This document shows, in pieces, positions 49,590-62,207 of a DNA stretch of 64,000 bases. The notes beneath the pieces are model-generated. The model was not told the DNA's origin. It worked only from the letters and a program-made list of their open reading frames with translations, and did not search any database. The translations under genes and the position numbers were made by a program. Numbering within the stretch: the stretch's first letter is position 1; every line of letters begins with the position of its first letter. Source of the DNA: the human T2T-CHM13v2.0 reference genome, Homo sapiens; assembly GCF_009914755.1 (NCBI RefSeq), contig NC_060925.1; one strand, written 5' to 3'.

Positions 49590-51391
49590 GTCTCTCTCCC
49601 CCCCCCCCCCTCGCTGGCTCCCCACATCCAGAAAATGATGCCATGGTTGCCCTTCCAGTAGGAAGGAAGTCGCGACTCCAGGGAGTAACTCATCACTTTC
49701 CCCTAGTTGGTCACACAGTCCTTAACGCGACCACACGAGTGTACGCGTGGCATGTGCACCGTCTATATTCACCGTGTTCCGGCTACTCCACACTCTCTCC
49801 CCTCATTCTGCCGGCACCACCACCGCCATGTCGCAACTCCCAACCTAACCCCAATCCACCACTTTAGTCGAGGATGCTGCCTTGTTTCTCCCCCTCGGAC
49901 CTCTTTTCATCTCAGCCCCAGACACATGCCTGAGACGTGAATGTGCGTCCTGAAGACGGCTTATTTATGTCTCGGGTCCAGTTGCATTCCCTACCCTTTT
50001 GGGACGTGGGACGTGGCCTCCAGTCGCTCTGTCACGATGTCTCTCCCACCCTGGGCTGCTTGCCACCTCACCCCAGCCCCACTCCATACTCTGACCGCCC
50101 AGCCCAAGCAGCATCCCAGTCTCGCCGGCGCGGGTCCCCTTTGACCACACAGACTTCGTTCCTGCCCAGACCAACCGGCTGAAAATGTACTGTTCCCACC
50201 AGCCTTCAGGCTCAGCCCTCCCTCCCCCACCTTTGTCTCACGCCACCCACCCCTTCACTCACACACACACTCTGACGCGCACACACACACACACACACAC
50301 ACTCTCACTCTCTCTCTCTCTCACTCTCTGTCTTTCTCTGTCTCTCTCTCTCTCTCTGTCTCTATGTCTCTATCTCTCTGTCTCTGTCTCACACAGCCAA
50401 CTCTCCGTCTCGCCGTCAATGCCCCTCTCTCAGACGACTCATATCCCCCAGCCCTGGCCTCCTTCAGCCTCTTCAGACTCACGCCAGCTCCGCCACCAGC
50501 TGGGATCCCTCCGACCTATGGCATAGGCAGCCCGCGAGGTGCCCTAACGCCCCAGGCATCTGCACAACCTCCGTTTGACTGCACAGCCTCACTCCCAGAC
50601 CTGGCCAGCCAGCCCTGTGCACCCCCTGGACACCCTGGACTCCTTCTTCCAGCTCCCAGCACGCGACATGCTTCTCTCCTTTCCTTGGTGTCAGCCCCTT
50701 GCCCCGGGCTAGGGTGGACGCCAGCCACGGGATCGGACACCTTCTTCCGTCGCTGTCACCCACTGACATCCACCCACAACACGCTGGCAAGCAAGCCAGC
50801 CTCCCGTGGGGATGGCAAACATCTCTATCCCCGATAGGGTCTGGTCCCTGCAGGTGATCCGACTGTGCCAAGATCCCACGAATGACACGGGACAGGTTTG
50901 TGCAGTTGGTTGGACGTCTACTTTGCCCCTACAGAGGGGTTTTGGCAAGAAGTCGACTGACTTCTGCCATTGACCTGGGGAATCAGCCAAACAATAAGAT
51001 CAGTACGGGTTGAATAGAGGTTGGAGAACTGGGCTCATCTGTGCTAAGGAGGGGATGGGAAAAAAGTCCCACAGCGAATCTTGGCGCTGGGGATAGGTAC
51101 CATCTCCACATGTTCCTTGACATTTGGAGAGACGATAGAGAGCGTAGGTCAGGCAATGGGAAGCAAACTTCGGCTAGAAGTCTGTCAGGAACCCCAACCC
51201 CGCACATGCGCTTTGGTCAGCCTGGCCGTTGGGTTTTCCCCACGAACTGCTGCATCTCCACGCTTCAATGCCCGTGGCCAGGTTGGTCTGACTAACGGGA
51301 CCTCTCAAGATTCATTTTCACATCCAGAATAGGCGAGAATCTCAAACCTGTCGACGGTGAGCGGGAGCATGTGTACGCACATGCACGTGTA

Positions 51392-52385
51392 CGTTGCGGG
51401 AAGTCAGGGACCCCGAACGGAGGGAGCGGCTGGAGCTGCGGCCGAGGCACGTAAATTGTGAGGATTTCATTTCAATACGGACATTCATCAGTTCCCAAAT
51501 AATGCTTTTATAATTTCTTACGCCTGTCTTTACTTTAATCTCTTAATCCTGTTATCTTCGTAAGCTGAGGATGTACGTCACCTCAGGACCGCTGTGACAA
51601 TTGTGTTGACTCTACAAATTGATGGTAAAACGTGTGTGTTTGAACAGCATGAAATCAGGGCACCTTGAAAAAGAATAGAATAACAGCGACTTTTAGGGAA
51701 CAGGGGAAGACAACGGTAAGGTCTGACTGCCTGCGAGGTCGGGCAGAAAGAGCCATATTTTTCTTCTTGCAGAGAGCCTATGAAGGACGTGCAGGTAGGG
51801 AAGATGTGGCTAAGACAACCTAAGTGTCCATCGGCCGGGAAATGGATTAACAAAAATGTGGCATATAGACACCATGGAATACTCTTTGGCCATAGAAAAG
51901 AACGAAATCCTCTGGTCTGCAGCAACAGAGGCGGAGCTAAAGGTCACGATGGAACATCAAACGAGCCGGGCACAGAAAGACAGAGAGGGCAGGTTCTTAC
52001 TCCAATCCTGGGAGCTCAAAATGTTCACCTTGTGGAGGTAGAGAGTAGAACGATAGACACCAGAGGCTGGAGAGGGTGTGTGGGTGACTGCGGTGAAGAG
52101 AGGTTGGTGAAATGGGTCCGAGCATGCGTTTGGATGGAGGGAATACGTTCCAATAATGTTCTACGGCGGAGTAGGGCGACTAGGGGTAACAACGATGTAT
52201 TAGTGCTTGTTTCCGAAGAGCTCCTGGAAGACAGCACCTGAGATGCTCCCAACAGGTAGAGATGACAGATACCCACGGGATGGATGCCCTACATCCCCTC
52301 AGTTGACCATCGATCACTACGCGATGTACACGCGTTACCACACGTCACAGGAATCCCATGGATATCATGTCCGCATGAAGAAAAA
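51392..52385 (+). mobile_element. MER11 5' fragment + L1M 3' fragment
   Basis: Copy of 7182-8175. Confidence 0.85.
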
Positions 52386-53018
52386 CATAGTCATGCTGCC
52401 AGGGTGATTGTCGCAGCTCTGCCTCCCTAGCGCTATGGCCCGTGGTCTCGGCTCCTCAAGTTCCGCTGCCATTACTACCAAAGCCGCTGACACCCGTGGA
52501 GCCCAATCACGGATCCCACGCCTTGGGAAAGCCAGTGCGCTTGCTGACATGAGTGGCTCTGGCGGGTGGCCCAACCATTAGGCGCAGATCCCCCGCAGCC
52601 GAGAGAGAAGTGGCCCGTCAGCCACTCGGCTTGGCTTGGCAGAAGCCGCTCCGCTCGAGAGTCCTGGCCCATCCCGTGGCCAGCCGAGAGTGCGAGGGTG
52701 GCGGTGGTGGTGGTGGCGGGTCACCTGGCGGCCATGGGAGGAGAAAGCCTGACCTGGCCAGTGGGCTTTGCCGCTGACAAAGAGTGGGAGCGAGGCGAGC
52801 ACCTGACAAGGAAGGGCTGTGAAGCTGATGTTGCGAAGGTGGCGCCAGCGAGGCCAAAAGGAGGGATGGGTGGAGGTAGGCGGGGAGCGTTGGGGCGGCG
52901 CACGTGGAAGCCGAGGGAGGTTGTGGCTGGGGCGCGGGAGAAGCGAGCCAGCCTGTTGGTCAAAAGGGGAGGTGTGAAGGGGCCTGGCAGTTGGCAGGCA
53001 GAGCCAACGAAGGAAGGC

Positions 53019-53090
53019 TTCCCTGACCGGGAATCGAATCCGGGCCGCGGCGGTGAGAGCGCCGAATCCTAACCACTAGACCACCAGGGA
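53019..53090 (-). tRNA. tRNA-Glu(CTC), unit 8, variant G53A (B box / T-stem); possible incipient pseudogene
   Basis: Plus strand GAATCGAATCCGGG versus GAATCGAACCCGGG; C>T at 53039. Confidence 0.88.
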
Positions 53091-53375
53091 GAGGCGGCTT
53101 CAGGGCCCGGCTTGCGCCTCCTGGCCCCAGCGCCTCTGGCCCCAGCACTGGGCGCTACCTTGGCGCCTGTCCCCTGCTTCGCTTTAAAACAAACACCGCA
53201 ACCAGCCCCCGCGACGCCGGCGGCAACCGGCCTGCCCTCACGAGCAGCTCTGGCCCTGTTCGCAGCACACCCTCCAAACACCGCGCGCCTCCTTCCCCGG
53301 CGCACAGGCACGCAGCCACAGGCCAAGCTGCGACGCGAGCTCCGCGACGGGGACCTCCGCAAAAGGTCCGCCCGC

Positions 53376-53447
53376 TGCGTTGGCCGGGAATCGAACCCGG
53401 GTCAACTGCTTGGAAGGCAGCTATGCTCACCACTATACCACCAACGC
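53376..53447 (-). tRNA. TRG-TCC2: tRNA-Gly(TCC), unit 8
   Basis: Identical to unit 1. Confidence 0.97.
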
Positions 53448-54033
53448 CGCACGGCGCGGGCAGCCCCGCCGCGCCGGCCCGGGGCTCCCACCAGCGCGCC
53501 GCCGACGCCCGGGGCAGGCCGGCCCCGACGCCCGGTCCGTCCGCCCGCCCGCAGCTCCGCGCTGCCGCGGCCCCGCCAAAGGCCGCCCCGCGCCCCACCG
53601 GGGCAAGGCCAGCGCGGCTGCCCCGTTCCGCCCGCCTGCCTCTGGGGGCGCTCTCGCTCCCTCGCCGCCCGGGGCCGCCAGAGCCCTTCCCCACCAGGTG
53701 CCCGGCGGGGACACGGCCGGCGCCGACGGGGTCCCCACTCCTCCGCCTCCCACCGGGCGCCGGGCCCTGTGCCTCGCAGAAAGCCTCTTCCGACACCCAC
53801 TTTGGGCCGGCAGCTCTCTGGGCGCCGTGGGGGCCAGAGGAGGCCGCCCGGCTGCGGGCGACCAAGCCGCGGGCGAGAAGAAAAGGTAGGAGGCCAAGGG
53901 GGCCCAGGAGGCCCAGGGGGCCAAGGGGCCAGGCCCGAGATGGCGCCCTGCGACTAGCGGGAGGGCGGAGGAAGGAGAGAGAAGGAGGGCCCACAGGCTG
54001 GGTCCGAGGCGGCGGCCCAAAAAGCACGGCTGC

Positions 54034-54105
54034 CTCCCCGTCGGGGAATCGAACCCCGGTCTCCCGCGTGACAGGCGGGGATACTCACCACTATACTAAC
54101 GAGGA
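54034..54105 (-). tRNA. TRD-GTC2: tRNA-Asp(GTC), unit 8
   Basis: Identical to unit 1. Confidence 0.97.
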
Positions 54106-54741
54106 CGACGGCGACGGTCGCCGGGACGCCAGACCCCACTCCGACCGCGGACGCCTAGCCCTGCCTTGATCCCCTCCCCCGACGGCAGGGGCCGGGCGCG
54201 TGCTCGCCTTCCACCCGCCGCCCGCCGCCCGCCACCCGCCACACGCCACCCGTCACCTGCCACCCGCCCCCCGCCACCGTTGGCACGACCTACCCCGACA
54301 CCCAACAAAGCACCCTGCGATCCCGCTGGGACCCGGAGCCGGAGCCGGACCCCGACAGGTACCGGAGCGGCGTGGAACCTCCCCGCGCGCCCTGCCTGCT
54401 GTCTCCAACGCGGGGATCGCGCCGGGGCAGGAGGAGGCGCGGGCGAAACAGTCAGGCCGCTGCTCCTAGGACGCGGTGGGCGCACGCCCTGCGGGGTTCG
54501 GCGAGCGGAGGCGCGGGGGCTGGGGCGTGCGCCGGCGGCGGCCGGCCCGACGCGGACCCTTTGGGTCCGGGGTGGGGACGCGGGGGCGTCCACGCCAACG
54601 CCAGCCGGCTCCGTTCACTTGGCGCCCGCTCCGCCCGCGCGGTCCGTCGGTTGCGCACCGAACCCAGACAGGCGCCGGCCAAGGGCGCAGGCGTTCGCGC
54701 CGGGTCCCAGCCATGCCAGCGGCGACGCGCCCCGGCGCGCC

Positions 54742-54824
54742 GTCAGGATGGCCGAGCGGTCTAAGGCGCTGCGTTCAGGTCGCAGTCTCCCCTGGAGGCG
54801 TGGGTTCGAATCCCACTCCTGACA
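54742..54824 (+). tRNA. TRL-CAG1: tRNA-Leu(CAG), unit 8
   Basis: Identical to unit 1. Confidence 0.97.
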
Positions 54825-56467
54825 AGCCGACCTTTTGGCCCGCCCGCCGGAGGGCAACGCCCATGGCAACCCTGGAGCACCTTTGGCCGCTTCCTGCCTT
54901 GAGCCCTTGCCCGCTCTCCAGACTCCAGTCCCCTTGAAGCAAGCCTCCAAAACGCCGCCGCTTCTCAGGCACGTCCGTTCTTCCTGCCCACCCGCCGGCT
55001 GTCGCAGAAACAGCCCAGGACCATGCGCCAGCGCCCGCGACCCTCTACCAATTGCCCTTCGGACAGACGCCCTCCCCACCACCTCACACGCCCTCTTCCC
55101 TGGCCCCACACACAGCGAGCGACCGCGACCACCTTCCACGCTCTTCCCTGCCTATCTCCTCCGCCCGCCTTCTCCTCACTCGCCCAAACAGACACAGCCC
55201 AGATTCTTCCCCTATTCCTCCTTTTCCCTCCTTCCTCCCACCGGCCTGCGCCCACCGCCCACCGCCTTGAATCGCCGCTGCGCTGCCCAGAGGCGTCCTG
55301 GCCTGAACAGCCCGCCCGGTTTCACCCTCCAACTTCTGACCGCTGAGCAGCAGCGAGCGACTCGCTCGTGGAGCCGCACACACGTCTCCCACCAGAGGCA
55401 CGCCATCCAACATCCTGTCCTTTCCTCCGACCCCTCGGACCCCGGCCGCGCATTCCATTCTGCCGACACCCTAGCCAGGTCGCCGATCCCACCTCGCTAC
55501 CTGTGCTCCCTTCCCGCTAACACCTGCCTGCCGGCCCACCTGCAGCCCGGACGCCTGCCGGCCAGAGGCAGCGGGAACCCTGCACACAGCCTGGCAGGCG
55601 AGTCCAAACCCGGAAAGACAGCCCAAGAGGAATCACGAGCGGAAGCCCTAGATCCCCGTCACCCGCCCACAAACGCCTGGCCCCGCCGGGACCAGCTCTG
55701 CGCCACAGCGCATCCCCACGCGGGAAGCCGCGGCCTGGGCCGTCCCAGCCACACCCAGCGCGCCTTCTCCAGGGTCAGCCAGCTGCGGCTCTGCCGAAGC
55801 GCTCCTCCGCTCCTTTCTCGCGCTCCAGCCTCCCTACCAGCCCAGGGGGCCGGACCCCAAGTGCGAGCCGGTGGCGTGGGTCAGAGCGCAGGAGCGAGGC
55901 GCCCACGGACCTGGTCTGCGTTTCTGAGCCGCACGCCACGGCTGCGAGACCCGTTCCCCATCGCCGCCCCCGCTCGCTGACACACCCATCCCGCCTCTCA
56001 CCTGCTGGTGACACAAGTGAGAAGGCTGGCCCCACGGTGGTGAAAAAAAAAACACCTCACGAAAGAAAGAAAGACAGAAAGAAACAACAAAAACAAAACA
56101 CAAAAACTCTGGGTCTGTGCCGGGGATCCGCGCTCAGCAAGGCCCGCCACAGCAAATCTGCCCACACGGGCATTCGGGCGCGGGCCACGGCCGGTCCTTC
56201 CCCTGGAGACCCCGGCGGGCAGTCTCTCGACCCTGGGCGGCAGAGAAAGCGCAAGATGGGACGAGTCGGCCTCTCTCCCTCCGCTCTCCCTCCGCGCCCC
56301 GCCTCAGGTCCCTCGACGTGACGAGAGCCTCCCCTTCTGCTCGCCCCATCGGGCCAGCCTCTCGTGGACGCTGCAATAGGACGGAGGCCCACGGCAGGCG
56401 GTGACCAGTGAACGGCGGCTGGTGGCGAGTTCCGCTGTGCCAGCTTCCGTTGGCGTTTGTCATCGGT

Positions 56468-56538
56468 GCATGGGTGGTTCAGTGGTAGAATTCTCGCCTG
56501 CCACGCGGGAGGCCCGGGTTCGATTCCCGGCCCATGCA
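56468..56538 (+). tRNA. TRG-GCC1: tRNA-Gly(GCC), unit 8
   Basis: Identical to unit 1; flank C>T at -8. Confidence 0.97.
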
Positions 56539-56919
56539 GCACGCCCTCCCATTTTGGTGCTGCAGCAGCACCAAGGCGTAGCTGCGCTCGCCTCTGCCGC
56601 CTCCTTACACTCGGGGCGCGCGAGCGAGTCCGGCACCGGCTGCGCTCCCACGCGCGACGGCCCTCTGCCCTTTCTTCCGTGCCTCTCTCGACTGACTTAG
56701 GGATGAGCCTACCCCACGCACCCACACACCTTGGTGACAACAACCCCTCCAGACACGAGAGCGCGCCAGACACCAGAACTTGGCAGCCTCCTGGTCCTGT
56801 TTCTCTTCATTGCCCTGCCACCGCCTCTGCCCGACGCATTTCACTTCACGGAACACCGCCAGGCACCACGGGCTTGCAGCCACTCGCACCACCCCTTCTC
56901 TTCACATTTCACCGCCTCG

Positions 56920-56973
<54 letters not shown>

Positions 56974-58774
56974 GTCTCTCTCCCCCCCCCCCCTCGCTGG
57001 CTCCCCACATCCAGAAAATGATGCCATGGTTGCCCTTCCAGTAGGAAGGAAGTCGCGACTCCAGGGAGTAACTCATCACTTTCCCCTAGTTGGTCACACA
57101 GTCCTTAACGCGACCACACGAGTGTACGCGTGGCATGTGCACCGTCTATATTCACCGTGTTCCGGCTACTCCACACTCTCTCCCCTCATTCTGCCGGCAC
57201 CACCACCGCCATGTCGCAACTCCCAACCTAACCCCAATCCACCACTTTAGTCGAGGATGCTGCCTTGTTTCTCCCCCTCGGACCTCTTTTCATCTCAGCC
57301 CCAGACACATGCCTGAGACGTGAATGTGCGTCCTGAAGACGGCTTATTTATGTCTCGGGTCCAGTTGCATTCCCTACCCTTTTGGGACGTGGGACGTGGC
57401 CTCCAGTCGCTCTGTCACGATGTCTCTCCCACCCTGGGCTGCTTGCCACCTCACCCCAGCCCCACTCCATACTCTGACCGCCCAGCCCAAGCAGCATCCC
57501 AGTCTCGCCGGCGCGGGTCCCCTTTGACCACACAGACTTCGTTCCTGCCCAGACCAACCGGCTGAAAATGTACTGTTCCCACCAGCCTTCAGGCTCAGCC
57601 CTCCCTCCCCCACCTTTGTCTCACGCCACCCACCCCTTCACTCACACACACACTCTGACGCGCACACACACACACACACACACACTCTCACTCTCTCTCT
57701 CTCTCACTCTCTGTCTTTCTCTGTCTCTCTCTCTCTCTCTGTCTCTATGTCTCTATCTCTCTGTCTCTGTCTCACACAGCCAACTCTCCGTCTCGCCGTC
57801 AATGCCCCTCTCTCAGACGACTCATATCCCCCAGCCCTGGCCTCCTTCAGCCTCTTCAGACTCACGCCAGCTCCGCCACCAGCTGGGATCCCTCCGACCT
57901 ATGGCATAGGCAGCCCGCGAGGTGCCCTAACGCCCCAGGCATCTGCACAACCTCCGTTTGACTGCACAGCCTCACTCCCAGACCTGGCCAGCCAGCCCTG
58001 TGCACCCCCTGGACACCCTGGACTCCTTCTTCCAGCTCCCAGCACGCGACATGCTTCTCTCCTTTCCTTGGTGTCAGCCCCTTGCCCCGGGCTAGGGTGG
58101 ACGCCAGCCACGGGATCGGACACCTTCTTCCGTCGCTGTCACCCACTGACATCCACCCACAACACGCTGGCAAGCAAGCCAGCCTCCCGTGGGGATGGCA
58201 AACATCTCTATCCCCGATAGGGTCTGGTCCCTGCAGGTGATCCGACTGTGCCAAGATCCCACGAATGACACGGGACAGGTTTGTGCAGTTGGTTGGACGT
58301 CTACTTTGCCCCTACAGAGGGGTTTTGGCAAGAAGTCGACTGACTTCTGCCATTGACCTGGGGAATCAGCCAAACAATAAGATCAGTACGGGTTGAATAG
58401 AGGTTGGAGAACTGGGCTCATCTGTGCTAAGGAGGGGATGGGAAAAAAGTCCCACAGCGAATCTTGGCGCTGGGGATAGGTACCATCTCCACATGTTCCT
58501 TGACATTTGGAGAGACGATAGAGAGCGTAGGTCAGGCAATGGGAAGCAAACTTCGGCTAGAAGTCTGTCAGGAACCCCAACCCCGCACATGCGCTTTGGT
58601 CAGCCTGGCCGTTGGGTTTTCCCCACGAACTGCTGCATCTCCACGCTTCAATGCCCGTGGCCAGGTTGGTCTGACTAACGGGACCTCTCAAGATTCATTT
58701 TCACATCCAGAATAGGCGAGAATCTCAAACCTGTCGACGGTGAGCGGGAGCATGTGTACGCACATGCACGTGTA

Positions 58775-59768
58775 CGTTGCGGGAAGTCAGGGACCCCGAA
58801 CGGAGGGAGCGGCTGGAGCTGCGGCCGAGGCACGTAAATTGTGAGGATTTCATTTCAATACGGACATTCATCAGTTCCCAAATAATGCTTTTATAATTTC
58901 TTACGCCTGTCTTTACTTTAATCTCTTAATCCTGTTATCTTCGTACGCTGAGGATGTACGTCACCTCAGGACCGCTGTGACAATTGTGTTGACTCTACAA
59001 ATTGATGGTAAAACGTGTGTGTTTGAACAGCATGAAATCAGGGCACCTTGAAAAAGAATAGAATAACAGCGACTTTTAGGGAACAGGGGAAGACAACGGT
59101 AAGGTCTGACTGCCTGCGAGGTCGGGCAGAAAGAGCCATATTTTTCTTCTTGCAGAGAGCCTATGAAGGACGTGCAGGTAGGGAAGATGTGGCTAAGACA
59201 ACCTAAGTGTCCATCGGCCGGGAAATGGATTAACAAAAATGTGGCATATAGACACCATGGAATACTCTTTGGCCATAGAAAAGAACGAAATCCTCTGGTC
59301 TGCAGCAACAGAGGCGGAGCTAAAGGTCACGATGGAACATCAAACGAGCCGGGCACAGAAAGACAGAGAGGGCAGGTTCTTACTCCAATCCTGGGAGCTC
59401 AAAATGTTCACCTTTTGGAGGTAGAGAGTAGAACGATAGACACCAGAGGCTGGAGAGGGTGTGTGGGTGACTGCGGTGAAGAGAGGTTGGTGAAATGGGT
59501 CCGAGCATGCGTTTGGATGGAGGGAATACGTTCCAATAATGTTCTACGGCGGAGTAGGGCGACTAGGGGTAACAACGATGTATTAGTGCTTGTTTCCGAA
59601 GAGCTCCTGGAAGACAGCACCTGAGATGCTCCCAACAGGTAGAGATGACAGATACCCACGGGATGGATGCCCTACATCCCCTCAGTTGACCATCGATCAC
59701 TACGCGATGTACACGCGTTACCACACGTCACAGGAATCCCATGGATATCATGTCCGCATGAAGAAAAA
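58775..59768 (+). mobile_element. MER11 5' fragment + L1M 3' fragment
   Basis: Copy of 7182-8175. Confidence 0.85.
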
Positions 59769-60401
59769 CATAGTCATGCTGCCAGGGTGATTGTCGCAGC
59801 TCTGCCTCCCTAGCGCTATGGCCCGTGGTCTCGGCTCCTCAAGTTCCGCTGCCATTACTACCAAAGCCGCTGACACCCGTGGAGCCCAATCACGGATCCC
59901 ACGCCTTGGGAAAGCCAGTGCGCTTGCTGACATGAGTGGCTCTGGCGGGTGGCCCAACCATTAGGCGCAGATCCCCCGCAGCCGAGAGAGAAGTGGCCCG
60001 TCAGCCACTCGGCTTGGCTTGGCAGAAGCCGCTCCGCTCGAGAGTCCTGGCCCATCCCGTGGCCAGCCGAGAGTGCGAGGGTGGCGGTGGTGGTGGTGGC
60101 GGGTCACCTGGCGGCCATGGGAGGAGAAAGCCTGACCTGGCCAGTGGGCTTTGCCGCTGACAAAGAGTGGGAGCGAGGCGAGCACCTGACAAGGAAGGGC
60201 TGTGAAGCTGATGTTGCGAAGGTGGCGCCAGCGAGGCCAAAAGGAGGGATGGGTGGAGGTAGGCGGGGAGCGTTGGGGCGGCGCACGTGGAAGCCGAGGG
60301 AGGTTGTGGCTGGGGCGCGGGAGAAGCGAGCCAGCCTGTTGGTCAAAAGGGGAGGTGTGAAGGGGCCTGGCAGTTGGCAGGCAGAGCCAACGAAGGAAGG
60401 C

Positions 60402-60473
60402 TTCCCTGACCGGGAATCGAACCCGGGCCGCGGCGGTGAGAGCGCCGAATCCTAACCACTAGACCACCAGGGA
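60402..60473 (-). tRNA. TRE-CTC1: tRNA-Glu(CTC), unit 9
   Basis: Identical to unit 1. Confidence 0.97.
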
Positions 60474-60758
60474 GAGGCGGCTTCAGGGCCCGGCTTGCGC
60501 CTCCTGGCCCCAGCGCCTCTGGCCCCAGCACTGGGCGCTACCTTGGCGCCTGTCCCCTGCTTCGCTTTAAAACAAACACCGCAACCAGCCCCCGCGACGC
60601 CGGCGGCAACCGGCCTGCCCTCACGAGCAGCTCTGGCCCTGTTCGCAGCACACCCTCCAAACACCGCGCGCCTCCTTCCCCGGCGCACAGGCACGCAGCC
60701 ACAGGCCAAGCTGCGACGCGAGCTCCGCGACGGGGACCTCCGCAAAAGGTCCGCCCGC

Positions 60759-60830
60759 TGCGTTGGCCGGGAATCGAACCCGGGTCAACTGCTTGGAAGG
60801 CAGCTATGCTCACCACTATACCACCAACGC
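60759..60830 (-). tRNA. TRG-TCC2: tRNA-Gly(TCC), unit 9
   Basis: Identical to unit 1. Confidence 0.97.
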
Positions 60831-61416
60831 CGCACGGCGCGGGCAGCCCCGCCGCGCCGGCCCGGGGCTCCCACCAGCGCGCCGCCGACGCCCGGGGCAG
60901 GCCGGCCCCGACGCCCGGTCCGTCCGCCCGCCCGCAGCTCCGCGCTGCCGCGGCCCCGCCAAAGGCCGCCCCGCGCCCCACCGGGGCAAGGCCAGCGCGG
61001 CTGCCCCGTTCCGCCCGCCTGCCTCTGGGGGCGCTCTCGCTCCCTCGCCGCCCGGGGCCGCCAGAGCCCTTCCCCACCAGGTGCCCGGCGGGGACACGGC
61101 CGGCGCCGACGGGGTCCCCACTCCTCCGCCTCCCACCGGGCGCCGGGCCCTGTGCCTCGCAGAAAGCCTCTTCCGACACCCACTTTGGGCCGGCAGCTCT
61201 CTGGGCGCCGTGGGGGCCAGAGGAGGCCGCCCGGCTGCGGGCGACCAAGCCGCGGGCGAGAAGAAAAGGTAGGAGGCCAAGGGGGCCCAGGAGGCCCAGG
61301 GGGCCAAGGGGCCAGGCCCGAGATGGCGCCCTGCGACTAGCGGGAGGGCGGAGGAAGGAGAGAGAAGGAGGGCCCACAGGCTGGGTCCGAGGCGGCGGCC
61401 CAAAAAGCACGGCTGC

Positions 61417-61488
61417 CTCCCCGTCGGGGAATCGAACCCCGGTCTCCCGCGTGACAGGCGGGGATACTCACCACTATACTAACGAGGA
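61417..61488 (-). tRNA. TRD-GTC2: tRNA-Asp(GTC), unit 9
   Basis: Identical to unit 1. Confidence 0.97.
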
Positions 61489-62124
61489 CGACGGCGACGG
61501 TCGCCGGGACGCCAGACCCCACTCCGACCGCGGACGCCTAGCCCTGCCTTGATCCCCTCCCCCGACGGCAGGGGCCGGGCGCGTGCTCGCCTTCCACCCG
61601 CCGCCCGCCGCCCGCCACCCGCCACACGCCACCCGTCACCTGCCACCCGCCCCCCGCCACCGTTGGCACGACCTACCCCGACACCCAACAAAGCACCCTG
61701 CGATCCCGCTGGGACCCGGAGCCGGAGCCGGACCCCGACAGGTACCGGAGCGGCGTGGAACCTCCCCGCGCGCCCTGCCTGCTGTCTCCAACGCGGGGAT
61801 CGCGCCGGGGCAGGAGGAGGCGCGGGCGAAACAGTCAGGCCGCTGCTCCTAGGACGCGGTGGGCGCACGCCCTGCGGGGTTCGGCGAGCGGAGGCGCGGG
61901 GGCTGGGGCGTGCGCCGGCGGCGGCCGGCCCGACGCGGACCCTTTGGGTCCGGGGTGGGGACGCGGGGGCGTCCACGCCAACGCCAGCCGGCTCCGTTCA
62001 CTTGGCGCCCGCTCCGCCCGCGCGGTCCGTCGGTTGCGCACCGAACCCAGACAGGCGCCGGCCAAGGGCGCAGGCGTTCGCGCCGGGTCCCAGCCATGCC
62101 AGCGGCGACGCGCCCCGGCGCGCC

Positions 62125-62207
62125 GTCAGGATGGCCGAGCGGTCTAAGGCGCTGCGTTCAGGTCGCAGTCTCCCCTGGAGGCGTGGGTTCGAATCCCACT
62201 CCTGACA
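62125..62207 (+). tRNA. TRL-CAG1: tRNA-Leu(CAG), unit 9
   Basis: Identical to unit 1. Confidence 0.97.
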
